From Bacteroidia bacterium (lineage in GTDB: Bacteria > Bacteroidota > Bacteroidia > NS11-12g > UBA9320), in NCBI GenBank assembly GCA_965216465.1, contig CBDCFW010000005.1:1-64000 (forward strand): a stretch of DNA of 64,000 bases. The letters run 5' to 3'. Positions 40,497-49,478 of the stretch are shown piece by piece. The position numbers and the translations under genes were made by a program. The stretch's first letter is position 1. Each line of letters starts with the position of its first letter. Under the pieces are notes generated by a model. The model did no database searches, had not been told where the DNA came from, and saw only the letters and a program-made list of their open reading frames with translations.

Positions 40497-42372
40497 TTTT
40501 TAATTTAAAATTCTTGGTAATATTGAGTTTAATAAATCTTCCGGGTTGAGGCATATTGGGCACGCTGAAATAAGCCTGATTGGTTAAGTTAGAAGCAATG
40601 CATCCGATGCGCATCAACTTAGTTTCATAGTACCCTCCAAACTCCAAGAGGTAGTATGGGTCTAAAAAACCTGAGTTGTCGCTTGCATAGAAATTCTTGC
40701 CTACATATTGTACGTTGGTATAAACATTAAATTTCTTACGCGTATAGCTCAGCGTTAAATTCGATGTGAGTTCTGGAGTAAATATTAGTTGTTTATTCCA
40801 GGTTGCATATTGCCGATCTCCTGATCGATTGAGAGATTGCACCCAATGAATGTTGTTGTTAATTACAAAGTCTCCTCCTAATACTTTCAAATTAAACATA
40901 TTCACCCATTCAACTCCGCGCACATGCACATTGGTAACATTTTCAACTTGAACAGGAAGAATTCCTTGCCAAACAATCATATTAGAATATTGGCCCAAGT
41001 AAGGATTTAGTCTTACCATATATTTCTTCGAATTGTGAATGAACTTCACGTCCAAACGATAGCCTTCCTCTGGAATTAGGTCTGGATTTCCCATTGCCAA
41101 TCCAGGTTCGAACCAATACAACTCATTTAAGGTAGGTAGTCTATATACTTTTTGAGCAAAAAGCTTAATAAGGGTATTCTTTTTTACCACCCGATCAAAA
41201 TATAGTTTAGTGTTGAATACTGACTTATGGTTGAATGAAGTGAACTGTTGTCCGAAATAAACTGTACTCTTATTCCATCTTCGCGATAAGTCATAGTAAT
41301 AGCGAAGTCTAAACCAATTTACATTATTTTCAATGTTATTTGATATGTATATGGCATTTTCATTTCCAAGACCGGTTGAAAGGTCTAAGTTTCCTATAAT
41401 GCTTCGTGAATAAGACAACACGCTATTTACGTTCGAAACGTCGCTATAAGCATTTAAATTTGAAGATTTTGATGAATAATCAATCTTTTCATGCCAGAGT
41501 TGATTGGTAAAAGAAAACAGTCCTAATCGATTAATTTTCAACAATTTAGTTCCGAGCATGGCATTCATATCAAACTGCCTTCCATCATCGGTAGTGGTTA
41601 AGCTTGACGGTATTCCTCTTTCTGCCGCCTGAAAGTAGAGTGTACTCGATATATAATCAATTTTGTTTCCTGCACGGTTAAAATTCTGAACCACGCTAAT
41701 ACGCTTAAAGTCATTATTTTCGATCGACCCTGTTCTATCGTAGTGTTTTAGACTAAAACTGTTTGGGGATTGTGTGCCAGCAGCCGAAATGCTATACTTA
41801 AGCTTTTTAAATTTCTGACGATACGCAAACGAAAGGTTCTTTTCTTGCAATGAACTTCCACCGAGGTTCATTGAAGCTCCAGGCTCAAAATCACCACTCA
41901 TTAATTGCACTACGCTTCCCATATTGCTGTGTCCCGTTCTTCGGTTGAACTGCTCTGAAAATCGAGCCGAGTTAAAATGGACTGCATCAATCAACGAAAG
42001 ATCCATTGTACCGTTCATGCTGCTTTGAATATTGTATCCATTGATTGAAACAGGTATATTTTGTGTACCCAATCCCTTATAACTAGGTGTGCTCAATGCT
42101 CCTACTCCTGTACTCTTTATAAATATTCCGCTTTGTTTTTGCAGCAGTTCTGTGAAAGACTGATTGGGATTTACCTTGAGTAATTGCTGAGAATAGGCTT
42201 GCAGTTTAACATCGATCGCGATAGATGTTATGGTAACTGAATCTATAGTTCCATATGCCGGTATCGTATCTTTTGACGCATCAGACGTAATTTGCCCATA
42301 CGCCTCAAGGGCAGTTAATGCGATTAATATGGATATAATTTTTTTCAATGGTTTATCAGCTCGTAAAACCAA
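40480..42372 (-). CDS. TonB-dependent receptor, putative cobalamin transporter (BtuB-like); start may be TTG at 42348
   Basis: DSVTIT TonB-box-like segment, plug domain, YRLPTLNELYW...GNPDL.PE, and a C-terminal NLTN..Y...P.PGR; first gene after the cobalamin riboswitch. Confidence 0.85.
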   Translation of the reverse strand: MVLRADKPLKKIISILIALTALEAYGQITSDASKDTIPAYGTIDSVTITSIAIDVKLQAYSQQLLKVNPNQSFTELLQKQSGIFIKSTGVGALSTPSYKGLGTQNIPVSINGYNIQSSMNGTMDLSLIDAVHFNSARFSEQFNRRTGHSNMGSVVQLMSGDFEPGASMNLGGSSLQEKNLSFAYRQKFKKLKYSISAAGTQSPNSFSLKHYDRTGSIENNDFKRISVVQNFNRAGNKIDYISSTLYFQAAERGIPSSLTTTDDGRQFDMNAMLGTKLLKINRLGLFSFTNQLWHEKIDYSSKSSNLNAYSDVSNVNSVLSYSRSIIGNLDLSTGLGNENAIYISNNIENNVNWFRLRYYYDLSRRWNKSTVYFGQQFTSFNHKSVFNTKLYFDRVVKKNTLIKLFAQKVYRLPTLNELYWFEPGLAMGNPDLIPEEGYRLDVKFIHNSKKYMVRLNPYLGQYSNMIVWQGILPVQVENVTNVHVRGVEWVNMFNLKVLGGDFVINNNIHWVQSLNRSGDRQYATWNKQLIFTPELTSNLTLSYTRKKFNVYTNVQYVGKNFYASDNSGFLDPYYLLEFGGYYETKLMRIGCIASNLTNQAYFSVPNMPQPGRFIKLNITKNFKLKNAKKN

Positions 42373-42407
42373 TGAGAAATAAAAAATAAAAGGCAGTATA
42401 TGCTGTC

Positions 42408-42440
42408 TCTTATTGCTTTTTTTCCCGAAAGCTCAATAAG
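42408..42440 (-). promoter_or_regulatory. Hairpin in the riboswitch expression platform
   Basis: Minus strand CTTATTGAGCTTT-CGGGAAAA-AAAGCAATAAG between the aptamer and the start codon. Confidence 0.5.
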
Positions 42441-42451
42441 TTAAATGTTAA

Positions 42452-42597
42452 AAGCAGGTCTTCTGACTTCGTTTCTAGATTAAAACCCTTCCCGTTAAAA
42501 ACAGTGGTTAAAAGACTATTAATCAATAGCAAAACATTACAGCTGCGGGTACAGTGGAGGAATTTCACCTCGCTTCCCTTACGCAATTAACGATGCA
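42452..42597 (-). ncRNA. Cobalamin (vitamin B12) riboswitch
   Basis: Minus strand AAGGGAAGCGAGGTGAAATTCCTCCACTGTACCCGCAGCTGTAA ... CCACTG ... GGGAAG ... B12 box AGTCAGAAGACCTGC; TATATTTG promoter element at 42596-42603. Confidence 0.95.
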
Positions 42598-42676
42598 AAT
42601 ATAGGCAAGACTTGAAGCTAAAATTAAGAGGTTGTTCACATTTTTTACTTTAGAGATTAAAATATATTTGCAGCAC

Positions 42677-43237
42677 ATGGCAACCACACAAGATTTATCA
42701 AGAGGTATGTTTATTCGTTTCAACGGGCAGCTTTGCCAAGTTGTAGACTATCAACACACCATGCCTGGAAAAGGTGGAGCCTTCTACCAGGTAAAAATGA
42801 AGAATGCAATTACTGGCAAATCAATGGACCACCGATTTAGAAGCGGAGAAAACATTGATGATGTGCGTATAGATCAAGTCGACATGCAATATTTATACAA
42901 AGATGGAGACAACTTGATGTTAATGAATACTGAAACCTATGAGCAGCTTGGAATTCCTGAATCAATGCTTGGTGATCAGATGAAGTTCATTAAAGAAGAA
43001 ATGATTTTAAGTGTTTACCTCGACGATGGTAACCCGATTATGGCCGATGCTCCAAATCATGTTGTTTTAGAAATCACATATTCAGAGCCGGGTGTTAAAG
43101 GCGATACTGCGAACAATCCCCTAAAGCCAGCAACATTAGAAACTGGAGCTGTTGTAAACGTTCCGCTTTTTGTTGAAACAGGCGAAAAAATAAAAGTAGA
43201 TACCCGAACCGGCGACTACGTTGAGCGAGCCAAATAA
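42677..43237 (+). CDS. efp: Elongation factor P
   Basis: PGKGGAF loop, YLYKDG, TYEQ, PGVKGDTA, ATLETG, VPLF and DTRTG.Y..R. Confidence 0.97.
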   Translation: MATTQDLSRGMFIRFNGQLCQVVDYQHTMPGKGGAFYQVKMKNAITGKSMDHRFRSGENIDDVRIDQVDMQYLYKDGDNLMLMNTETYEQLGIPESMLGDQMKFIKEEMILSVYLDDGNPIMADAPNHVVLEITYSEPGVKGDTANNPLKPATLETGAVVNVPLFVETGEKIKVDTRTGDYVERAK

Positions 43238-43252
43238 TCAAAAATTACAAAC

Positions 43253-43284
43253 CAAAAAAGGAGGTCGATCGACCTCCTTTTTTG
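43253..43284. terminator. Bidirectional terminator (perfect 32-bp palindrome)
   Basis: CAAAAAAGGAGGTCGA|TCGACCTCCTTTTTTG between convergent genes. Confidence 0.88.
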
Positions 43285-43305
43285 TTATAACTTTTCCTGT
43301 ATTCC

Positions 43306-43878
43306 TTACAAAATACTTATTAGGTATAAGATTAACAGGATTAACAATATCGTGGTAATTATCGATTTCAAAGGAGAAGGTAATAGTGACAACACCAATG
43401 AAATTAAAATGATAATTAAAATAATAATTAGCAACGAACGAACTAAGCTATCGTCATCTGTGTCGGTTGACTTATCAATACTATTCATCACATCCTTTGG
43501 TGACTTAATCATCTTCTTTACTTGACGTTTTGTAACAGGCAACTCCAATTGCTTATCTTCATTCGTTTCGTATGCTTTTGATCTTACAGATAACTCTTTG
43601 GCAACTTCATCAATAGATTCAGTTTTTACTTCTGAATTAATAACTGTTGGAGTTTCCTCTACAACAACATCTTCCAAAGCAACGTAATCTAAAACAACTT
43701 CTTCTTTGATCTCATTGCTATTCTCAGTCTTTTGTTTGGCTGGTTTAACAACATCATCCTTTACCAAGTGAGTAGCCTTTGTTCTCCTTGTAAGATTACC
43801 ATATCGGGCTTGTGAACATGCACTGAATAGCATAATTACCATAACTGCTATTCCTAAGATTGATTTATTTATTTTCAT
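43306..43878 (-). CDS. Hypothetical lipoprotein with C-terminal TM hairpin
   Basis: Lipobox FSAC, charged low-complexity middle, two Ile/Leu-rich C-terminal helices. Confidence 0.7.
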   Translation of the reverse strand: MKINKSILGIAVMVIMLFSACSQARYGNLTRRTKATHLVKDDVVKPAKQKTENSNEIKEEVVLDYVALEDVVVEETPTVINSEVKTESIDEVAKELSVRSKAYETNEDKQLELPVTKRQVKKMIKSPKDVMNSIDKSTDTDDDSLVRSLLIIILIIILISLVLSLLPSPLKSIITTILLILLILYLISIL

Positions 43879-43902
43879 TTGTATTTAGTTTCATCAAAAA
43901 TA

Positions 43903-44787
43903 ATGAATGTTTTAGACCGTAAAAGTAATTTTCTGGCAATTGAAGAAGAAAAGTGGTACGACTATGCTACCAGTCGATGTATAATTCAGCAAATGCCTTA
44001 TGAATACACCTCTTCATATAAACATGGAAGTGCCAATGGCCCAAAAGCAATTCTCGAGAATTCACACTACGTTGAATACTATGACGCGGAATTAAAAACT
44101 GAGATTTATAAAGCGTGTGGTATTGCGAGCGTGCCGGAAGTTAAGTTTAATAATCAATTCGATGAAGAAGCCATGGAACTTATAGAAGCACGAACTGAAG
44201 CACATCTAACAAATAACAAATTTTTGGTTACACTTGGTGCCGAGCATACAATCACTTACGGAGTGTTTAAGGCATTCAAGAAAAAATATAATAACATTGG
44301 TATTCTTCAAATAGATGCTCATAGCGACCTAAGACTTTCTTATGAAGGAAACAAATGGTCTCATGCGTCTGTAATGGCCCGCATATTGGAGCTCAACCCG
44401 CAAATATTTCAAGTTGGAATTCGAGCTCAATGCATTGAAGAAGCACAACTCATACAATCGTCGGATAACATTCATACGTGGTTTGCACACGATATATGGG
44501 ATAATGAAAAATGGATGGACGAGCTTGTAGAGCAGCTTCCAGAACAGCTCTATATTACCATTGATGCCGATGGATTCGACCCAAGCGTTTGCCCAAGTGT
44601 TGGAACTGCAGAGCCTGGCGGCATGCTCTGGTACCCTACTTTGAAGTTCCTTAGAAAAGTGTTTAAAAAGTGTGATGTTAAAGGATTTGACATTGTCGAA
44701 TTAAACCCCTCGACTAAAGATGACATCACCGCTTATACCATGGCTCAGCTTTGCTATAAGCTCATCGGTTACAAATACTGTGATTAA
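43903..44787 (+). CDS. speB: Agmatinase (ureohydrolase family)
   Basis: GP.AI, GAEHTIT, DAHSD, SHAS, IDADGFDPS...GTAEPGG and DIVEL. Confidence 0.9.
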   Translation: MNVLDRKSNFLAIEEEKWYDYATSRCIIQQMPYEYTSSYKHGSANGPKAILENSHYVEYYDAELKTEIYKACGIASVPEVKFNNQFDEEAMELIEARTEAHLTNNKFLVTLGAEHTITYGVFKAFKKKYNNIGILQIDAHSDLRLSYEGNKWSHASVMARILELNPQIFQVGIRAQCIEEAQLIQSSDNIHTWFAHDIWDNEKWMDELVEQLPEQLYITIDADGFDPSVCPSVGTAEPGGMLWYPTLKFLRKVFKKCDVKGFDIVELNPSTKDDITAYTMAQLCYKLIGYKYCD

Positions 44788-44837
44788 AACTTTTATAAAT
44801 AAAAATAGAAGAATTATAAGTTAATTTGCGACGCCTT

Positions 44838-45967
44838 ATGGAAGTATATTTCGACAACGCTGCAACAACCCCAATGGATGTAGAGGTAATCGACAAAATG
44901 TCTGAGATCATGAAAGATGTTTTTGGAAATGCGTCTGCGATTCATGCTCCTGGTAGAAGAGCCAGAGCAGTGGTTGAAATCGCAAGAAAAGAAATTGCGA
45001 AAAATCTAAACTGTGAAACTTCCGAAATTGTATTCACAGGAAGTGGAACTGAAGCGGACAACATGGCTTTACGATGTGCAATTAACGACTTGAATGTAAA
45101 ACATATCATTACAAGCGAAATTGAACATAAAGCTGTTTTAGACACGGCCAAAGAGCTCATGGCTAAAAATATGGCTGAAGTTCATTTTGTAAAAATTGAC
45201 AAAATGGGCAGGGCAGATCTTCAAGATTTAGAAAAACTTTCGAGCTCATACCCGGGTGCATTGATTAGTTTGATGCACGCCAATAACGAAATCGGAACCC
45301 TCAATAACATCCAAGAAATCAGCAAGATAGCTCGACAAAACAGCTGTTACTTCCACACCGACACTGTACAAACCATCGGACATTACCCAATGGATTTACA
45401 AGCTTTTGACGTCGATTTTATAACATGCTCAGCACATAAATTTCATGGACCCAAAGGCTGTGGATTTCTTTACAAAAACAAAGCCTAAAAATTAAGCCGA
45501 TTGTAACAGGTGGTGGTCAAGAAAGCAAAATGCGGGCAGGCACAGAGAACGTGATGGGTATCGCAGGATTAGCTAAAGCTCTTGAAGTAGCAAGCAGAAA
45601 AATAGACGATAAAATCGATTCAGTAAGTGAAATAAAACAATACTTCATTACTCAATTGAAAGACCGCATTGACGGGGTTGAATTTAATGGCGATGTAAGT
45701 AAAGAAGGAGGATTGTACACCGTTTTAAATGTTTCTCTCCCTCCTACCGATAAAGATTCAGTGCTCTTGTATCAACTTGATATGAATGGCATTGCTTCAA
45801 GCGGAGGGTCTGCATGCAACAGTGGTGCAGTTGGCGACAGCCATGTTCTTGTTGGAATAAACCATCCTACTAATCGTTCAGCCATTCGTTTTTCGTTCAG
45901 CAAGTATTCTAAAAAAGAAGAAGTTGATTACGCAATAGATGTGCTAACCGACATCTTATACAACTAA
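44838..45967 (+). pseudogene. iscS: Cysteine desulfurase (IscS/NifS type), split by a one-base frameshift near 45474-45483
   Basis: The 5' ORF has YFDNAATT, EHKA, ANNEIG and SAHKFHGPKG, then stops at TAA 45486-45488. The -1 frame continues LKIKPIVTGGGQESKMRAGTEN...SGGSAC...IRFS. Confidence 0.85.
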
Positions 45968-46030
45968 TGCAACTTTAGTTACTCTGTTCTATCTTTGGAT
46001 GGAATATGTTCGCACTCGATTTAATTTAAC

Positions 46031-46429
46031 ATGAAAAAAATATTCACACTCGCATTGCTGACCACTATTATAGCTTGTGGTAACGCTCAAAACAATACAG
46101 AAGGAGAACAGACTCCAACAGTAAAAAATTTAGCTCAAGAAGACCTCGCAGACAAGATTGCTGACGACAGCGTGATTGTAATAGATGTGCGAACTCCCGC
46201 AGAAGTAAAACAATTCTACATCAAAGGGGCAGATATGTTTATTGATATTAATGGCGACAATTTTGAAGCCGAAATTGACAAATTAGATAAAAGCAAAACC
46301 TATGTAATGTATTGCAGAAGTGGTGGAAGAAGCGGACGTGCAGCAAACATTATGGTTAATAAAGGTTTTGAAGATGTTTACAATCTTGAAGGAGGAATAA
46401 CAGATTATAAAGGCGAGTTAGGCCGATAA
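46031..46429 (+). CDS. Rhodanese-like domain lipoprotein
   Basis: Lipobox IIAC; IDVRTPAE, active-site loop YCRSGGRS and NLEGGI. Confidence 0.9.
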   Translation: MKKIFTLALLTTIIACGNAQNNTEGEQTPTVKNLAQEDLADKIADDSVIVIDVRTPAEVKQFYIKGADMFIDINGDNFEAEIDKLDKSKTYVMYCRSGGRSGRAANIMVNKGFEDVYNLEGGITDYKGELGR

Positions 46430-46431
46430 GT

Positions 46432-47403
46432 TTGATAGGACCTGAAGAATACAAAAGTCCAGGTCTATACCTCTCAGCAGGTATTGCTGGATTGTCAATC
46501 GTACTCTCAAAACTAATTGGGTTCAACGATGTATTGCTTGCTCTTTTACTCGGAATCGTAGTTGGCAACTTGGTTAAGCTTCCAGAAAGCTTCAATTCAG
46601 GAATAAAAACCTCAAGTGGACGAGTGCTTGAATTGGCGATTGTTTTGATGGCTTTTAGCATCAACTACAAAAGTTTTATCGCTTTAGGATGGGAGACGAT
46701 TCTAATTATCATCGTAACTATGGCTGTGGTATTAATTGCAACAGCTCAATTGGCTAAAGTGCTTAAATGTCCTGGCAGCACAGGTTGGTTGGTGGGATTT
46801 GGTACCGCAATTTGTGGGTCTTCGGCTATTGCAGCTCTTGCACCCAGCGTTACAAAAGACAAATCAGATATGGGAATTGCCCTAGCGGTGGTCAACCTGT
46901 TTGGTCTCATCGGCATGGTTGCTATTCCTTTTATTACCGCTGAATGGCTTACTGATATTCAAAATGGCATTCTAATTGGAGCTTCGCTGCATTCTATGGG
47001 CAATGTGGCTGGTGCCGGATTTGGAATGAGTTCGAGCATTGGTGAACTTGCTGTCACAGTGAAACTAGGAAGAATCGCAATGCTAACTCCAGCTCTATTG
47101 ATTTTTCGGTCATTTTTAAAGAATAAAAGAAGTGAGGTTGATGTGCCTACCAAGCTTCCTTGGTATTTAATTGCATTTATCATTATCTCCATTTTTGCAT
47201 CTTTTGTACCGCTTCAATCCGATTTAAAAGAAATTATAAAATGGATTAGCAATTTCTTTTTGGCTACGGCAATGGCGGCAATAGGATTAAAAATGAGCTT
47301 CAAAACTTTGCTCAGTTCAGGTAAAAAGGGTCTGATTTTTGGTGGCGTTTTATTCGCCATCCAATTGGCGACAATAGCTGGATTGATGTGGGCACTTCGC
47401 TAG
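46432..47403 (+). CDS. YeiH / putative sulfate exporter family membrane protein
   Basis: Multi-TM protein; GTAICGSSAIAA, G.SLH...V.GAG, VKLGRI, PWYL..F and AMAAIGL. Confidence 0.88.
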   Translation: MIGPEEYKSPGLYLSAGIAGLSIVLSKLIGFNDVLLALLLGIVVGNLVKLPESFNSGIKTSSGRVLELAIVLMAFSINYKSFIALGWETILIIIVTMAVVLIATAQLAKVLKCPGSTGWLVGFGTAICGSSAIAALAPSVTKDKSDMGIALAVVNLFGLIGMVAIPFITAEWLTDIQNGILIGASLHSMGNVAGAGFGMSSSIGELAVTVKLGRIAMLTPALLIFRSFLKNKRSEVDVPTKLPWYLIAFIIISIFASFVPLQSDLKEIIKWISNFFLATAMAAIGLKMSFKTLLSSGKKGLIFGGVLFAIQLATIAGLMWALR

Positions 47404-47421
47404 AAGTTCACGAAATAACTC

Positions 47422-48546
47422 CTACTCTACCCAGTCAGCGATAAACATATTGGTTTCGTGCGTACCGCCATTATTTCGGTTGCTTGAGAAAACCAATTTG
47501 GTTCCATCAGGTGAGAACATTGGGAATGCGTCAAACACACCGTCGTAGGTAATTTGCTCAATTTCAGTACCATCTAAATTGGTCATAAAAAGGTTGAATT
47601 GAGGTCTACCACCTTCTTTAGCACTTTTATGATTAGAACTAAAGATGACCTTCTCCCCGCTTGGGTGAAAGAATGGTGCCCAGTTGGCATTGCCTAAATC
47701 TGTAATCTTCTTTAAGTCAGATCCATCAACATTACACACGTACAATTCCATGTTGGTTGGTTGAACTAAATTCTGAGCTAAAAGATCTTTGTATTCTTTT
47801 ATTTCTTCTTCGGTTTGAGGTCTTGAAGATCTAAAGATTAGCTTTTCGCCGTCTGGAGAAAAGAATGCTCCTCCATCATAACCCAACTCATGTGTAATTT
47901 GCTTCACATCGCTTCCATCGATGTTCATGGTAAACAATTCTAAATCACCTGTACGCGTAGAAGTAAATACAATTTTATCTCCTTTTGGTGAAACTGTAGC
48001 TTCTGCATCATATCCCTCACGATCTGTAAGTTTAGAAATAATGTTACCATCGAGATCTGCTACATAAATCTCAAAATCTGGGTAAATTGGCCATACATAT
48101 TTAGGTCCATGAGGAGGCTCTGGCGGACAGTTTACATCACCTTCATGCGTACTTGCATATACAATTGTGCTGTCACCTGGCATGAAGTAGCTGCAAGTTG
48201 TTCTTCCCTTCCCTGTGCTGATTAGCTTAGGAATTTCATTCTGCCATTGTTTATCAATGTCGGTTACATAAATCTGGTCGCAATCAGCACCCCATGCAGG
48301 GTTTTTTGCTTGAAATACCAGCTTAGTACCATCAAAACTGAAGTATGCTTCTGCGTTGTCTCCTCCAAATGTAATCTGTCTAATGTTCGCCAAGTGAACT
48401 TCACCTTCATAATGCAATGTATCTTTAACTTCTGTTGCCCCTGAATAACCATCTTCATGGTCATTAGCATCGTTATTTTCATTAGAGTTGTTTGAACAAC
48501 CGATAAAGGCTAACGCAGCAAGCGTTAAGATTAAGAATTTCTTCAT
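47422..48546 (-). CDS. TolB-like / PD40 beta-propeller lipoprotein
   Basis: Lipobox FIGC; repeated FS.DG.K.VF.S blades, GDNAEAYFS and GYDAEAT.SP. Confidence 0.88.
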   Translation of the reverse strand: MKKFLILTLAALAFIGCSNNSNENNDANDHEDGYSGATEVKDTLHYEGEVHLANIRQITFGGDNAEAYFSFDGTKLVFQAKNPAWGADCDQIYVTDIDKQWQNEIPKLISTGKGRTTCSYFMPGDSTIVYASTHEGDVNCPPEPPHGPKYVWPIYPDFEIYVADLDGNIISKLTDREGYDAEATVSPKGDKIVFTSTRTGDLELFTMNIDGSDVKQITHELGYDGGAFFSPDGEKLIFRSSRPQTEEEIKEYKDLLAQNLVQPTNMELYVCNVDGSDLKKITDLGNANWAPFFHPSGEKVIFSSNHKSAKEGGRPQFNLFMTNLDGTEIEQITYDGVFDAFPMFSPDGTKLVFSSNRNNGGTHETNMFIADWVE

Positions 48547-48560
48547 TTTTTATTTCAGTT

Positions 48561-49478
48561 CTATAATAGTTTATATTCAAATGTTGGATGACCCGAGATA
48601 CCTTTTGTGTTGTAAAAGCCCGTAAATCTAAGCTTGTAGTACAATCCACTTTGGGTTTTTATCACATACGTTAAATCTTCTTTAACCACATATGCACCAG
48701 CGTCGAGGTTGTACCATTTCCAATCCCATCCAATACCTGTTTTAATTTGCGGGTCAAAATTAATCGTATCTATGGCAGATGCATCAACCTCGTCAAAATT
48801 TTCTTGAAGTTCTACCGCTGCGCCTCCACCTGTTAAAGCACCAAACACCAGGTAGTCTGCTTCTTCGTCTGGAAAAATTACATAATCTGTATACTTTCCT
48901 AAGGCAAAATCGTATTCTTCAATCGAAGGCAATACCTTGTAGCTATTGTTCAGAAAGCTGTAGTAATGACTTCCCGGGTCAAGTACAGCAAATGTTTGAG
49001 TGGTTGACGATATTTTGGAGAAGTTAATTCGCCACATACCTTGATCGCGAATGGCATTCAGCTTATAGTAGCCCATTGATTGGTAATTTGTATCAATTCC
49101 CATTTCAACCACATAATTTTGACCACTATCAAGCAACCACATTTCTTCTTCAAAGTTTACCGTTAAGAAGTCAAAATCTAGGCCAATCGTATCCACCCTA
49201 GAGTTCCAATCATTATTAAACTTGGCTACACTCATACTTCTAAATCCGTTAAGATAAACTCCTGATTCTGTGTAGTATAAATCCCAGTCCATTGGATTTG
49301 CAGTAGCTAGTACAGTATCTTGAACCAATGAAAAAAAGTTTACTTCCAACCTGCTTACACCAGCATCAATTTCAACTGACTTATTTAGGCGTGGTTTCGG
49401 TGTGATTGGATCTTCTTTTGGAAAGCAAGATGCTAAAAAGATCAGCAAGATAAACGGTATGTTACTTCTTAAATTCAT
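48561..49478 (-). CDS. HmuY-family heme-binding lipoprotein (two HmuY-like modules)
   Basis: Lipobox LASC; FFSL...WDL and YYSF...YDF motifs; C-terminal YVIKT..G.YYKLRFTGFY...G..GHPTFEY. Confidence 0.82.
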   Translation of the reverse strand: MNLRSNIPFILLIFLASCFPKEDPITPKPRLNKSVEIDAGVSRLEVNFFSLVQDTVLATANPMDWDLYYTESGVYLNGFRSMSVAKFNNDWNSRVDTIGLDFDFLTVNFEEEMWLLDSGQNYVVEMGIDTNYQSMGYYKLNAIRDQGMWRINFSKISSTTQTFAVLDPGSHYYSFLNNSYKVLPSIEEYDFALGKYTDYVIFPDEEADYLVFGALTGGGAAVELQENFDEVDASAIDTINFDPQIKTGIGWDWKWYNLDAGAYVVKEDLTYVIKTQSGLYYKLRFTGFYNTKGISGHPTFEYKLL

